32,000 nt of DNA from contig NZ_CP010546.1 in assembly GCF_001272835.1 (NCBI RefSeq), positions 572,809-604,808 of the forward strand, given 5' to 3'. Positions 30,908-32,000 of the stretch are shown here, in pieces (within the stretch, counting starts at the first letter, position 1; every line of letters begins with the position of its first letter). Made by a program: the position numbers and the translations under genes. The DNA is from Mycoplasmoides pneumoniae FH (GTDB taxonomy: Bacteria; Bacillota_I; Bacilli_A; Mycoplasmatales; Mycoplasmoidaceae). Below the pieces are notes generated by a model. That model worked only from the letters and a program-made list of their open reading frames with translations. It was not told the DNA's origin and did no database searches.

Positions 30908-31237
30908 AATTCACATAAATAAAAAAGCCATCTGCCCAAGGTGAAAAAAACAGACGGCTTTTTGGCGATTTTGAAATTAACAGCAAGTTGTAACTTTTAG
31001 TGATTTGAATGAAAGGAATATATGACCTTTATTCTTTTAAAAAAAGAGATACATCAATTGTGCTGAAAGCCATTGCGTTAACATAAATAAATTAAGACAT
31101 AAAAAATAAACACATTAATCAAATAAGTGTGGGAACAGAAAATTAGGCTTTCAACACAAAATTTTCGTTTTCCTGCCCCCACTAAATAAATTGAGTTGGG
31201 TTTTAAAAAGCGTCAAAAATTTTAATTTAGTTTTTGC

Positions 31238-32000
31238 TACTTTCCCCTCCCCCTCACGGGTGAAAACCCCGGCGCTTGGGCCTTAGTGCGCGATAACATT
31301 GCCAAGGGCATCACTGCCGGTAGTAACACCCAACAAACCACGTATGATCCCACCCGAACCGAGGCCACCTTGACCACCGCCACCACCTTTGCGTTACGCC
31401 GGTATGACCTCGCCGGGCGCGCCTTATACGACCTCGATTTTTCGAAGTTAAACCCACAAACGCCCACGCGCGACCAAACCGGGCAGATCACCTTTAACCC
31501 CTTTGGCGGCTTTGGGCTGAGTGGGGCTGCACCCCAACAGTGAAACGAGGTCAAGGATAAGGTCCCCGTCGAGGTGGCCCAAGACCCCTCCAATCCTTAT
31601 CGGTTTGCCGTTTTACTCGTGCCGCGCAGCGTGGTGTACTATGAGCAGTTGCAGCGGGGGTTAGCGCTCCCTAACCAAGGGAGTTCGTCAGGCTCCGGTC
31701 AACAAAACACCACCATTGGCGCGTATGGGCTGAAGGTGAAAAACGCCGAGGCGGACACCGCGAAGAGCAATGAAAAACTCCAGGGCTATGAATCCAAGTC
31801 TTCCAATGGATCTTCAAGCACTTCCACCACCCAACGTGGGGGTTCGTCAAATGAAAACAAAGTCAAGGCGTTGCAGGTGGCGGTGAAAAAGAAATCCGGG
31901 AGTCAGGGCAACTCCGGTGACCAAGGCACCGAACAGGTGGAACTTGAATCTAATGATTTAGCCAACGCCCCGATTAAACGGGGCTCCAATAACAACCAGC
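31238..32000 (+). repeat. RepMP4-like silent cassette encoding the N-proximal part of adhesin P1; runs off the right edge
   Basis: The frame opens after TAA 31223-25 with ...[42 protein letters not shown]...[32 protein letters not shown](TGA 31541)NEVKDKVPVEVAQDPSNPYRFAVLLVPRSVVYYEQLQRG. I recognise this as N-terminal P1 sequence. There is no ATG start and the segment is GC-rich. Confidence 0.8.

Larger units (their letters stand above)
29865..31237 (+). repeat. RepMP1-like repetitive island B (carries the DUF16 gene)
   Basis: The 15-nt core occurs at about 30098-30112 (reverse orientation) and 31180-31194. The island also has the AAAGAAAGGAGG box, a DUF16 gene and a terminator homologous to island A. 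Boundaries are approximate. Confidence 0.45.

Overview
The window reads as a Mollicutes chromosome using genetic code 4 (TGA = Trp). Nearly every long gene is cut into pieces by in-frame TGA in the supplied standard-code ORF track. Re-joining the pieces restores full-length conserved proteins. From memory, gene content and order match Mycoplasma (Mycoplasmoides) pneumoniae, roughly MPN474 to MPN503 in M129 numbering; I cannot verify that here.

Layout:
- 1-8794 (-): a tightly packed housekeeping run: partial large acidic protein, der, cmk, a membrane protein, a YebC-family protein, an azoreductase-like flavoprotein, valS, engB and a UPF0154 protein.
- 8853-9878 (+): a GT2 glycosyltransferase.
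- 9889-11110: a RepMP1-like island carrying a DUF16/UPF0134 gene.
- 11111-12556 (-): a start-less, truncated copy of an internal 1.43 kb segment of the large lipoprotein gene at 14282-18382.
- 12650-14301 (+): a NifS/SufS plus NifU/SufU pair.
- 18882-19892 (-): recA.
- 19966-21390 (+): a membrane nuclease.
- 21529-27691: an ascorbate-type PTS/pentose cluster (ulaA, B, C, D, E on the minus strand; ulaF/araD divergent). Its phosphotriesterase-like lactonase gene is visibly decayed.
- 28158-32000: silent P1-adhesin cassettes (RepMP2/3-like, then RepMP4-like) flanking a second RepMP1/DUF16 island.

Main second-look items:
- the decayed lactonase pseudogene inside an otherwise intact operon
- the lipoprotein segment duplication with a localized mosaic patch
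- both DUF16/RepMP1 islands abutting start-less, GC-rich surface-protein cassettes
- a recurring 15-nt RepMP1 core
- a 21-bp in-frame tandem repeat
- a candidate small RNA in the recA-lipoprotein spacer

No rRNA, tRNA, CRISPR array or transposase was recognised. All coordinates were derived by hand and cross-checked against the ORF track where possible. Hairpin and repeat edges may be off by 1-3 nt.
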